A DNA stretch of 64,000 nt from Octopus bimaculoides. Lineage: Eukaryota. Numbering within the stretch: position 1 is the stretch's first letter; the number at the start of each line of letters is the position of its first letter. Below are positions 39,321-50,972 of this stretch, piece after piece. The notes under the pieces are model-generated. The model ran no database searches, was not told the origin of the DNA, and saw nothing but the letters and a program-made list of their open reading frames with translations. Location of the stretch: the NCBI RefSeq assembly GCF_001194135.2, contig NC_068985.1, forward strand, positions 7,217,641 through 7,281,640. The letters run 5' to 3'. Position numbers and translations under genes: made by a program.

Positions 39321-39379
39321 AGCAGTTGAAATGTGACAAACACATTTCAACTAACCTAAATTCTGCTCCTATATATATA

Positions 39380-39441
<62 letters not shown>

Positions 39442-40031
39442 NNNNNNNNNNNNNNNNNNNNNNNNNNNNNNNNNNNNNNNNNNNNNNNNNNNNNNNNNNN
39501 NNNNNNNNNNNNNNNNNNNNNNNNNNNNNNNNNNNNNNNNNNNNNNNNNNNNNNNNNNNNNNNNNNNNNNNNNNNNNNNNNNNNNNNNNNNNNNNNNNNN
39601 NNNNNNNNNNNNNNNNNNNNNNNNNNNNNNNNNNNNNNNNNNNNNNNNNNNNNNNNNNNNNNNNNNNNNNNNNNNNNNNNNNNNNNNNNNNNNNNNNNNN
39701 NNNNNNNNNNNNNNNNNNNNNNNNNNNNNNNNNNNNNNNNNNNNNNNNNNNNNNNNNNNNNNNNNNNNNNNNNNNNNNNNNNNNNNNNNNNNNNNNNNAG
39801 AAAGGGAGAAAAGAAGACAAAAGAGAAAAAGAAAGGGAGGGAAGGAGAGGTAAGGTAACAAGTGCGGGTTGAGAGAAACGACAATAGGAAAAAGCAGAAA
39901 TATAGAAAAGTTCAAAAGGTTCAAACGTCGTGGTGTGTTGGAGTGATTTCTCATCAAAGGAAGAGTCCAGTGTAATCCATGGGTAGGAGAGGTGCAGCTG
40001 ATGTGTAGTCCAATTTTTTTACATCTTTCAA

Positions 40032-40237
40032 TCATTTATTTGACTGTGGCCATGCTGGAGCACCGCCTTTAGTCGAACAAATCGGCCCCGTTTCCGTCTG
40101 CCAAATCCACTCACAAGGCTTTGGTCGGCCCGAGGCTAGAGCAGAGAGACTTACCTATAGTGCCACGCATCGGGTCTGAACAGAGGAACTATGTGGTTGG
40201 GAAGCAAGCTTCTTACCACTCAGCCACTCCTGCACCT
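40032..40237 (-). mobile_element. SINE family B with internal deletion
   Basis: Head (cagccactcctgcacc) and tail (ttgactgtggccatgctggagcaccgcc) are joined at about 40090 with no microsatellite linker. Confidence 0.85.
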
Positions 40238-40276
40238 ATATATACATATAAATAAACATAGACACACACATGCAAA

Positions 40277-40662
40277 TTATTTTTTCTATTTTTGCGTTCC
40301 GTCGGTTGCGACGACGAGGGTTCCTGTTGATCCGATCAACGGAACAGCCTGCTCGTGAAATTAACGTGCAAGTGGATGAGCACACCACAGACACGTGTAC
40401 CCTTAACGTAGTTCTCGGGAAGATTCAGCGTGACACAGAGTGTGAAAAGGCTGGCTCTTTGAAATACAGGTACAACAGGAAGAAAGAGAGAGAAAGTTAT
40501 GGTGAAAAATACATCAGGGTTTGCCAACAGCCCCTGGCAGAGCTACGTGGAGCTTTAGGTGTTTTCGCTCAATAAACACCGACAACACCTGGTCTGAGAA
40601 TTGAAACTGCGATCGTACGACTGCTATTCCGCTGCCCTAACCACTGGGCCATTGCGCTTCCG
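40277..40662 (-). mobile_element. SINE family A, full length, 10-bp TSD CACATGCAAA
   Basis: Reverse-complement head at 40600-40661, tail ttccgtcggttgcgacgacgaggg, and an A-rich end. The TSD is at 40267-40276 and 40663-40672. Confidence 0.92.
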
Positions 40663-40795
40663 CACATGCAAACATAATCACTTGAAGAATAATGATTATG
40701 CGCGTTAAATACATGCAATTGTAGTAAAGATTATTTGCCAACATAACATGGCAGGCCTGGTTTAGGACGAATGTTGCTGTAATTTAGCCCTAGGA

Positions 40796-40865
40796 GACAT
40801 CGTCTCCAGCTGGCTATACGACATCGTCTCCAGCTGGCTATACGACATCGTCTCCAGCTGGCTAT
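40796..40865 (+). repeat. About 3 x 24-bp tandem repeat GACATCGTCTCCAGCTGGCTATAC
   Basis: Two full units and one nearly full unit counted directly. Confidence 0.92.
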
Positions 40866-41463
40866 TCGAACAAGGGAATCTAGCACCCCCACTCAGCTCA
40901 AAACAATACCTGTGTATCGCAACTGTTATGTTATGTTGGCAAATAATCTTTACTCCAAAGTACTGTTGCTGAATATCTCTCGTTGTGAGATTTACAAATA
41001 GTAATTTTCTAACATGCAATTGTGTTTTAAATGTAGATGAACGATGAAGAAACGGATTGCGTTTCGTGTTGCTTAATAGTTTTGAAGCTCCAAAAACAAA
41101 ATATGTTCATGTAAGTCAATCTAAACTTTTAAAATTGATAAAATCAACCAATTCCAGGTAAATAAGTATTGATAATTTAGAAATAGGATTTCTTTTCAAT
41201 ATGAACTCAAGATATTGTCCATCAACTTTAATTAGCTATTTTATATGTACATTCATAATTTGAATGCAAATATACGTGACGATGCTGTTCTTCTAATGTA
41301 ACGTTTTGTGTTTGTCTTGCCTCTCCGTTTTCCGACCGTAAGTGCTAACTCTAGTGGACAGCCAATACAATAATCTGTATGTATGTGTATGCATAGGCAT
41401 ATATGTACGTGTTGTATACAGGTGTGTATTTCTATGTGTATATGTGTGTATTTCTATGTGCCT

Positions 41464-41817
41464 ATGGAGGCGCAATGGCCCAGTGGTTAGGAAAGTGGAC
41501 TCGCGGTCGTAGGATCGCGGTTTCGATTCCCAGACCAGGCGTTGTGAGTGTTTATTGAGCGAAAACACCTAAAGTTCCACAAGGTTCCGGCACGGGATGG
41601 TGGCGAACCCTGCTGTACTCTTTCACCACAATTTTCTCTCACTCTTACTTCCTGTTTCTGTTGTACCTGTATTTCAAAGGGCCAGTCTTGTCATACTCCG
41701 TGTCACACTGAATCTCCCCGAGAACTACGTTAAGGGTACACGTGTCTGTGGAGTGCTCAGCCACTTGCACGTTAATTTCACGAGCAGGCTGTTCCGCTGA
41801 TCGGATCAACTGGAACC
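41464..41817 (+). mobile_element. SINE family A, 3'-truncated, 10-bp TSD CTATGTGCCT
   Basis: Head tggaggcgcaatggcccagtggttagg; it ends at tggaacc without the cgtcgtcg...caa tail. The TSD is at 41454-41463 and 41818-41827. Confidence 0.9.
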
Positions 41818-42297
41818 CTATGTGCCTGCACATATATTTCTATATCTGGCCATAGAGAGTCATATTATAATTATAGAGAATTGACAAATTACCTGGATCG
41901 TTATAGTGTTGAATGCCGTGCGGTCATCAATTGTGCTCCCTGGGCGAGCTCTGAGTTCAAATGCCGCTTAAGTCAACTTTGCATTTCATACATTCAGGAC
42001 TATATAAAGTACGACGAAAGTGCTCAGGTCGATTCTTCTCTAAATGTACTTCGGTTTCCCACACACACCGCTTTCTCCATCTCACTTTCTCTCGTCTGTG
42101 TCCCCCCCCTCTCTCTCTGTCACTCCCCCTCTCTCTCTCTCTCTCTCTCTGGAAGAAGTCTACTATGGTCAGACCTCTGAAAATAAATGAGCTCCCAGGC
42201 TTTAGAATGCCATATATACAATGACGATCTCCACAATAACTCTTTATCCCTATCAAAAGTTGAACAGTTGATAAATTAAGGTGGGAAAAGGGTCTGC

Positions 42298-42342
<45 letters not shown>

Positions 42343-42868
42343 CGGGTATCGGGGGATGAGTAAACATTTCTGTGCGGTAAGTAAAAATGTCCGCAGGCGA
42401 ACCACAAGTTGTATCTGTGTAAATCTTGTATATACCTATGTATAATTCGATATACATTAATAAAGATAAGTTCAACACATTAAATTAACGCGTAACATCT
42501 TCATTAACGCCGCCACTGAATTTAGGTCGTTCATATTACTTATGCGGTATTCTATATTTTTCAGCTAGAGTGTAGTTGGGTCTCAAGGAGGTGGTACTAA
42601 CCTAGCAATATATGTTTCATAGTGAAAAGAAAATTTCCATTCAAATGGCAATTATCGGACGATTTCTGTTCCCGTCTGTCCATTTTAAGTCGTAGTGGAA
42701 ACGCGACCTGTGTCGCAAATGGGAATACAAATATCGTATAAATTTTATAATTGAAAAATTTACTGTATTTTGTACATACGTGTATACCAGACTGCGGGCA
42801 TAATTTAAATGGGCTCACGGGTGCAGTTGTATCCGCGTGCGGGGGTTTCCCCGTCCCTTGTGTGTCTG

Positions 42869-42935
<67 letters not shown>

Positions 42936-43053
42936 ATATATATGCATGTATATTTGTATATATATATATATGTATGTATATATATAAGTATGTATGTAGA
43001 TATATATGTATATATATGTATATATATATGTATGTATATATGTATATATATAA

Positions 43054-43095
<42 letters not shown>

Positions 43096-43103
43096 TTATA
43101 TAT

Positions 43104-43134
<31 letters not shown>

Positions 43135-43263
43135 CATGAATAGATATGTATATATGTATGTATATATATGCATANNNNNNNNNNNNNNNNNNNNNNNNNN
43201 NNNNNNNNNNNNNNNNNNNNNNNNNNNNNNNNNNNNNNNNNNNNNNNNNATATATATATAATT

Positions 43264-44646
43264 GTTACCAGTACAAAAATGCTTCAGGCATATTCGATCT
43301 TGTGAAAAATCCATTCACTGTATTTTGTTATCGAGTAAATTTCTGACTGCCGACAGAAAGGTGTCAACATTCCGAGTCAGCTCGCAGCGTTCTCGAACAA
43401 CCATACTGCTGTAAGACATACATTTCGGAGTGGTTGTCTCCTCTCAGCAACGGGCCGGAATGGCAGACGCTATGGACTGGCAGGTGGGACAAGCCCTTCT
43501 TATGATATTCCCGTAATTGTTCAATGACTTTACGTTTACCAATTTGTGTTGCAAAATTTTTGATGTGAAACCCTGTGTTGAAACAGATTTGTTGTACTTC
43601 AGGATGGTGTTTTCTTTTGCCAAATAAACACACACACTATATATTCGTTCTTCAGTCATTTATTACTGGTCTTATTCTAACTCATGTCCATTGTCCGGAA
43701 ATCTTTCGTCACACATCTGTGGCCTCCTGTTTTCGTGTGTGTGCTGTTGCTCCACTTACTTCATTCTGCTCTTTTAGAAGAGCAGAGTGGATTAAGTGGA
43801 TTAAAGAAGGGCAGAATGGTGTAAGTGGAGCAAGAGCACAAGATACATATATATACATATATATCTATATACATACTTATATATATACATACATATATAT
43901 ATACAAATATACATGCATATATATATACATACATATACACACACACACACACACAAGAAAAGTGTCCCTGGAGAGGTCACAGATGTGTGACGAAAGATGT
44001 GCGGGCAATGGACATGAGTTAAAATAAGAACAGTAATAAACGAGTGAAGAACGAATATAGAGTTCGTGTGTTTATTAAGCAAAAAAAACCCGTCCCGAAA
44101 TGCACGAATATGTTCAGTGACTGCACTTTTCAACGGCTCGCTGTAAATTCAGGGTGACAGTGCTAAGCAGTCGTGTATATAAATACAAATCTGTTACCAG
44201 TTTAAATAAGCTTTAGGCATTATCGAAGCCGGAAAAAAGGCAGACACTGTATTTTGTGATGGAGAAAATTTCTTGCTGCAGACAGAAAGGTGTAAACACA
44301 CAGCCCTCTCACCACTTTGTTGGATGCATGTATTTCAGAGTGGTCATCACCTCTTCAGTAAGGGAGACCACAAAGGCGAACTGTTGAATAATGTAACCAG
44401 TCATTCAACGATGACGAGAATATCATTAGAGGGACTTGTGTCCCGTGTCTTTCCGGTCTCTGTTACTGTGGAGGAATTAACCACTCCGAAAAGCGTACGT
44501 CCAACAATTAGGTTAGGGTGCGCAGAAAACCGATTTGGTGTGTTTACACCTTTCTGTCAACTGCCAGAAATTATCTTTGTGAGAAAATACAGTGGATGGC
44601 TGTCTTACAAGCTCGAATATGTTTCAAGTATATTTGAAGTTGTAAC
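43264..44646. repeat. Nested inverted-repeat (foldback) composite
   Basis: Arms 43602-43727 and 43971-44095, inner arms 43740-43759 and 43821-43840, outer arms 43264-43545 and about 44400-44646, plus a second hairpin at 44193-44646. Confidence 0.8.
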
Positions 44647-45774
44647 AGAACAAGACCAGATAGAAGAGGAGACACGAAGAACAGCTAATCAATGAAGAGG
44701 ACACAAAATGCGAGAGAAAGAACTCTAATAGACTAAAAATAATAATAATAAAGCTGAACTGAAGATGAAATAAACAGTGCGTGTGTTTATTGACAAAATG
44801 ACCGCCCCAAATATAATAATATCTGTTTCTACATACAATTTCATATCAAGAGCCTTGCAAAGCAAATATGTAAGGGTAAGAATACTTTATTGTTATATCA
44901 AAAAACCTTATTTGCTTGAAAATTCAAATAGGCATCTACTCGGCTCAAATTTTTGGATTGAATAACTCACTACATTAAGGAATTCTTTTCAAACAAAGTT
45001 CAAGTATGTTTCGTAATTTGAAATAACATACGAAACCTGAATATAATTGAATTCGGGAACTATCTGTTTACCACATAGTGCACTTTAATGAGATGATATT
45101 TAAAAGAGAAAGATACTTTTGTTTTGGTAGTAGAGAGAAAAGATGTAATTTATATACTGCTTTTCATCGAAACTTGAATACATGCATGAAAGAAAAAAAC
45201 AAAAATAGGAAATCTAAAATATAGAAATCACTCCATTACAATGTAGAATAGCGTAATGAACATCAAAATGTTGCTGCTACACAAAGAAAAAATTTTAAAT
45301 CTATCATTATAATATTCAATAGCTTTATATTCATAGAAGTTTTTATGTATTTCAGGCGCTGTAAACAACGAGGAAATAAACATTTTGTATATATACCCTT
45401 TCTCTTTATCTATGGAATGAAACTATAATTCTATTAAAGAACTGGTGCTAAATATTCTATAATGTAAAACACAATGCCATATTTTAACAGCAACAAATAA
45501 GCACAGTGTAAACAACATTATTGAATGTTAAAATGTCTCCGCATTGACTACCGATTAGTTTGAATCAATGTCTACTTTCATTGTGAAAGATATTAGTCCA
45601 AAACGGGTTAAGAAAGGAACTTCTAGATAGACGATAAACATGCTAGAAATAACAGTCAAATGTTTGTAAAACGAACCAATACTATATTAGAAATGTATAG
45701 AAATTATATGACCTCAAAATTCTTGTTTGTCTGTAACATAAATCCTTGAATATAACTATATTTAACTTGTAATA

Positions 45775-46020
45775 CGGCAGAATTACTGAGCCCTTCTGCA
45801 AAATGCATAGTCTTTACGTTTTGAGTTCAAATTCCGCCGAGGCTCACTTTGCTTTTCAGAATTACTAAGTCCTTCTACAAAATGCATAGTCGCCTTTCAC
45901 CCGTCTTTGGGTTTTGAGTTCAGATTCCGCCGAGGTTGACTTTGCTTTTCATCCTTTTGAGGTCGATAAAATGAACCCCAGATCGATAAAATGAACCCCA
46001 GGTCGATAAAATGAACCCAC
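45775..46020 (+). mobile_element. Duplicated SINE C head/core followed by a 3 x 20-bp tandem repeat
   Basis: aattact.ag.ccttct.caaaatgcatagtc...gagttca.attccgccgagg occurs twice. G(G/A)TCGATAAAATGAACCCCA occurs three times at 45961-46020. Confidence 0.8.
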
Positions 46021-46021
46021 G

Positions 46022-46300
46022 GACGAAAATTCAATTCTTTATGCAACACCCTATGTATTGTGTGTCTTGTTAGTCCACTTTCACGAGCTGCTTGATTGCT
46101 GCAATTAAACATTTTCTGCACTGTTGCCATGTTTTCCGCTGATCGGGATGTGGTTGGACGGCCACTGCTAGCATCGTTCACAGAGCCCGTGTTCATCAGC
46201 TTTGCATGACAACATTTTATTGTCTCCGGACGAAGTGTTACATGCTTACCTTTCCATGCACGCCACCGTCTCTGAAGCAAAACAATCGAATACACACGCT
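46022..46300 (-). mobile_element. Tc1/mariner transposase N-terminal HTH fragment
   Basis: LQRRWR...ETIKCCHAKLMNTGSVNDASSGRPTTSRSAEN...ARESGLTRHTIHRVLHKELNFRPW matches the KFxxTGSVxD..RSGRP...GISxxTIxRILxKDLxFxPY pattern. Confidence 0.82.
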
Positions 46301-46460
46301 GATATATGACCTACGTTGGACTCCTTATTCGCATAATCACCGAACCTGGAGCTTGACTATGGTCTATCCATAGTACTTACTCAGCATTCCCTGACACTTT
46401 TGGGTCTTACTGACACCATTACCTCTCATAACCTCTCTCTCTCTCTCTCTCTCTGTATAC

Positions 46461-46510
<50 letters not shown>

Positions 46511-47280
46511 ACATATATGACGAGCAATATATATGTATATAAAGTTGTTTGAAGTTACAATGAATTGAAAATCTGTGTAAGTACGATGAACTTAATTCAA
46601 ATTTCATTCAGATAAATATAGCGTTACCAGTTACTTGTTGCCCTAACCCTAAACCTAACCCTAATCCTAATTTGGACCTGTAGGAAGGTCATTCACTGCA
46701 GTTCGTCATGGAGAAATATTCTCGCTATATACAAAAAGATGTAAAGATATCGTAGTCATTTAAAAGCAACTTCGATCCATATGGATGGTTGCATGCATTT
46801 CGAAGTTGTCATCTCATCGGCATCGAACACTGTGAAGAGAATCAACTTCGAACTGACTCGGATATTAAGCTTCTCTGATTAGAACGCAGGCAAAATAATT
46901 AGAAGCGCAACTAAATAGTACCAAACATTCCTCGGACAGTACAGATTATGCAAATTTACTGTCCATTGTGATATTTAATCTAATTTCTAACATGAGAAAA
47001 TACGAAACTTTAGTGAGAGACTTTATAGTTCATATGATCGAGTTCAGTACATAACTGGTATTAAATATCGTCTGCGTTGGTGGATTTTGAAATCACGTAT
47101 ATTTGATAATGAGAGTAGTATGTATAGCTACACCAGGAAATAAGTGTTGTGTATGCGGTTGTATACATGTGTTTTCAAATGAGTTAATATTTTCTATAAC
47201 ATACATATGTGTGTGGTGTGCATACATGTATATAACAGAAAATATAATCTCTTGAATGTACATACATATGTATGGTGTGT

Positions 47281-47324
<44 letters not shown>

Positions 47325-47971
47325 CCGATTTCATACATAAAGTTTGCAGGTTTAACTGTTCAATATATACGTGTCAAAAACTTCCCCGAAGAAACCTCAA
47401 GGTGACGACTCAAATAATACTTTTCCTATCATATTCTCTGCTTCTTTTTAAGATTTCAGCGCTGCTCCGATGGAAGCGTTTTGCTTTGTCGTTGTTATTT
47501 TTGATTTTCGTTTTTCCTTTTATATTTCCACACAATTGAATATCTTAGCATCTCCCAATAAGGATTTCTGATATTTCTCAAAGTGTTTTTCAATGTACTT
47601 TCAGAAAATAGGAGTCGTTCTTCTTTTGATTTCCTCACTCATTTTCTCTATGCAGTTCTTTGTGACAGTAGCAATCTGACATCCTCAGCTATTCTTACGC
47701 TTCTTTTACGCCACATCTATTTGGGTTTTCTTCATATTTCTTTATGCTTTTATTCTTCATTCCCTAGATAGATAGCTACAAATATACATGCATATATACT
47801 TGAATATCTGTGTGTGTACGTGCGTGTGTGCTTGTGTATGTGTGTGTAAAATTGTTTCTTCAGTAGGACACGGAAGATTTTATTAATCTTGATATGTGCG
47901 CACGTTATGTATATGTGTGTGTGACTGTATGTGTATAAGATATGTCTGTATATGCATATATTTATATATTC

Positions 47972-48028
<57 letters not shown>

Positions 48029-48423
48029 TGTTTGTGTGTGTAAACGCATTATATATGCTTATACATACATATATAAATATAAGTGTGTGTGAGTGTAAAT
48101 ACACAGGCATACTTGCCCAAACGCATACATAGCTCACATATACGAATGCTGAAGCGAAGGTAATACAAACTGGGACACAAGTTTGTCACTAACTGGCATA
48201 CATCGTTCAAATTACACACGCTACTCTGCAAACCTACTACGACTTCACATGGGTTCTATCACAAACGGTACATTTTCCCCATCGTCAACACAACTCTCGG
48301 ATAATCTTTGAAAAAATCCAGGTGTTCAGTGTTGCCCGCACTTCTTTATAAGTTCTTCAACCAACATTCTTTCATGAAATGTTTGTCTCCAAAGACTGTT
48401 CTTTATTGAATCGAATATATGAT

Positions 48424-48742
48424 GGTGCGTAGAGCAGTGGTCAAGGTGTTCGGCTCATAATCGTAAAGTAGTTAGTTCAGTTCCCGGCGGTGTGTTGCGT
48501 CCTTGAGCAAGACACTTTATTTCGCGTTGATCGAGTCCACTCACTTGGCAAAAATAAGTTGTACCTCGAACTGAAAACGGCCAACAAGATCACATTTTGT
48601 GCCATGCTGTATCTTTCAGAGAACTACGTTAAGGGTACGTGCGTCTGTGGAGTGCTCAGCCACTTGCACGTTAATTTCACGAGCAGGTTGTTCTGTTGAT
48701 CAGATCAACTGGAACCCTCGTCGTCGTAACCGACGGAGTACA
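48424..48742 (+). mobile_element. SINE family D (CORE-like head, family A tail)
   Basis: tRNA-like agcagtggtcaagg...gttcagttccc and CORE-like gtccttgagcaagacacttta, then the family A tail gagaactacgttaagggtac...ggaaccctcgtcgtcgtaaccgacggag. Confidence 0.85.
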
Positions 48743-48751
48743 AGGCCATTA

Positions 48752-48844
48752 TGGAGGGTATCTGAACCAGGCCAACTGGAGGGTATCTGAACCAGGTCAA
48801 CTGGAGGGTATCTGAACTAGGTCAACTGGAGGGTATCTGAACCA
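48752..48844 (+). repeat. About 3.7 x 25-bp tandem repeat TGGAGGGTATCTGAACCAGGTCAAC
   Basis: Three full units and one partial unit counted directly, just downstream of the SINE D tail. Confidence 0.92.
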
Positions 48845-49775
48845 AGGTATTCTGTCATTGGGGTGGGGGGGGAAGATAATGGAATAAACCAATTTGCAGA
48901 ATGCCTTGTTTGTTTTAGAAAGGAATATGTGGCCATGCGTATCTGAAGCTACAGTCGAACATCTCCCTAACTATCAAGGAAAGTTGCAACCTTACAATCG
49001 CTCGATAAACTACTACCGTGATTTCGTGAACTAATTGTTGGTTCTTCAAATTCTTAGGCATTGGTGAAGAAGTATGATGTCTTTCCATGGTTTAAGTTTC
49101 AAGTCCACGTTTCATCAGTTGTCAGCCGGCCGGGAAAACAAATGTTTCTATAAGCGTCAAACGTTTGCAGTACACTAGAGCTGATTTCCACACGATACTC
49201 ACCTTTAAATCAAGTATGAACCACCGATGTACTTTTTCAATTTACACGAACTTTTCGATGCCCAAAGTCTTCTACCATCTTCTCAAATGCGCTCTCGCCG
49301 CAGTCTAGTTATGCAGCAAGCTCACCATTTTTGAACTCTCGACCCTTGCGAATCAATAAGTCTACTCGCTGGCACGTTGTGCCATAGGATAGTCGCAGTT
49401 GATCGTCTCCTACTACATGGTTTGTCTTCACTCTTGTTTCCCCTATTTTCACTTCATCTGTGCACATTTTTTTCTCTAAGTTGGGCCATTTCTATAAGCA
49501 GCATGTAGATTACTTCCGTTGTCAGAAATCCTGACCCTCTCCTTATTCATCAGACCCATGTCGGATCTTTGCTTCTGTTTCAAACCTATTATTTATCTGC
49601 CCTGAAGAAGAATACGAAGAAGAGTTAAGAGAAAAAAAAGTTACTCTACTAACCTACACGTTTTGAACGACCTATGTCAGTAAATTTAACACTTATGCCC
49701 TCTTTTACATTACTTTAAAGGGCACTTTTGTAGTATATATATATTTATATATATATATATACACACATATATAGA

Positions 49776-50228
<453 letters not shown>

Positions 50229-50367
50229 GAACACATACATGTATACATACATACATATATATATGTATGTATGTATGTATGCATGTATGTATGTACGCAT
50301 GTATGTATGTATGTATGTATGTATGTATATATGTATGTATGTATATATATATATGTATGTATGTATG

Positions 50368-50401
<34 letters not shown>

Positions 50402-50455
50402 TGTATGTATGTATGTATGTATAGAGTGTTAGGTGTGATGTACAGAAATTGAATA

Positions 50456-50972
50456 CTGAAAAAAAATGTCGTCAGAAGTTTGGAAAAAAATCCTTTCTTT
50501 TCTTCATTATTATTAATGTTTTCGTTCCTTTCTAGAACTTGTCAAATAATTTTTTTTAATGTATAAACAGCTTTTTCATTTATATAAAACAGATGGGGTT
50601 TTTTTTGTTTTTTGGAGGGGGTTGTTTGGAAGAGAACTTTTTTTAGTTTTTTATGGTTCCATGAAAATGGAGATGGATAGGTAGAAATATAGGTAGGTAG
50701 ATAGGTTGATAAATAGGTTTATCTATCATCCCTGTCTACCTGCCTATATTTCTAGCTATCCATCTCCGTTGTCTTGGAACGACACCCAAAAAGACAAAAA
50801 CAATGTTCTCTTCTAAACAACCCCCCAAAATAACATGTTTTATATAAATAGACAAGCTGTTTGTACATTGACAAAATTTTATTTGACAAGTTCTAGAAAG
50901 GAACGAAAAGCCTAATAATAATGAAGAAATAAAAATATTTTTTTCCAAATTTCGGACGACCTTTTTTCTCAA
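50456..50972. mobile_element. 517-bp palindromic MITE-like element flanked by TA
   Basis: The left and right halves are inverted copies, including a perfect 31-bp pair at 50519-50549 / 50879-50909. TA lies at 50454-50455 and 50973-50974. Confidence 0.78.

Noticed and set aside
38835-39350. 171-aa ORF as a host gene
   Set aside because: Its motifs match a Penelope-like RT/linker, so it is listed as a mobile element.
42335-42350. Helitron 3' end (cgcacggg)
   Set aside because: The left arm of the hairpin and the CTAG terminus are missing.
46641-46670. Interstitial telomere (CCCTAA)n
   Set aside because: There are only about five degenerate units, too short to call; such tracts commonly occur within repeats.
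49203-49305. Minus-strand exon with strong donor aag|gtgagt
   Set aside because: All three frames contain stops, and the resemblance to a LINE RT is too weak to call.
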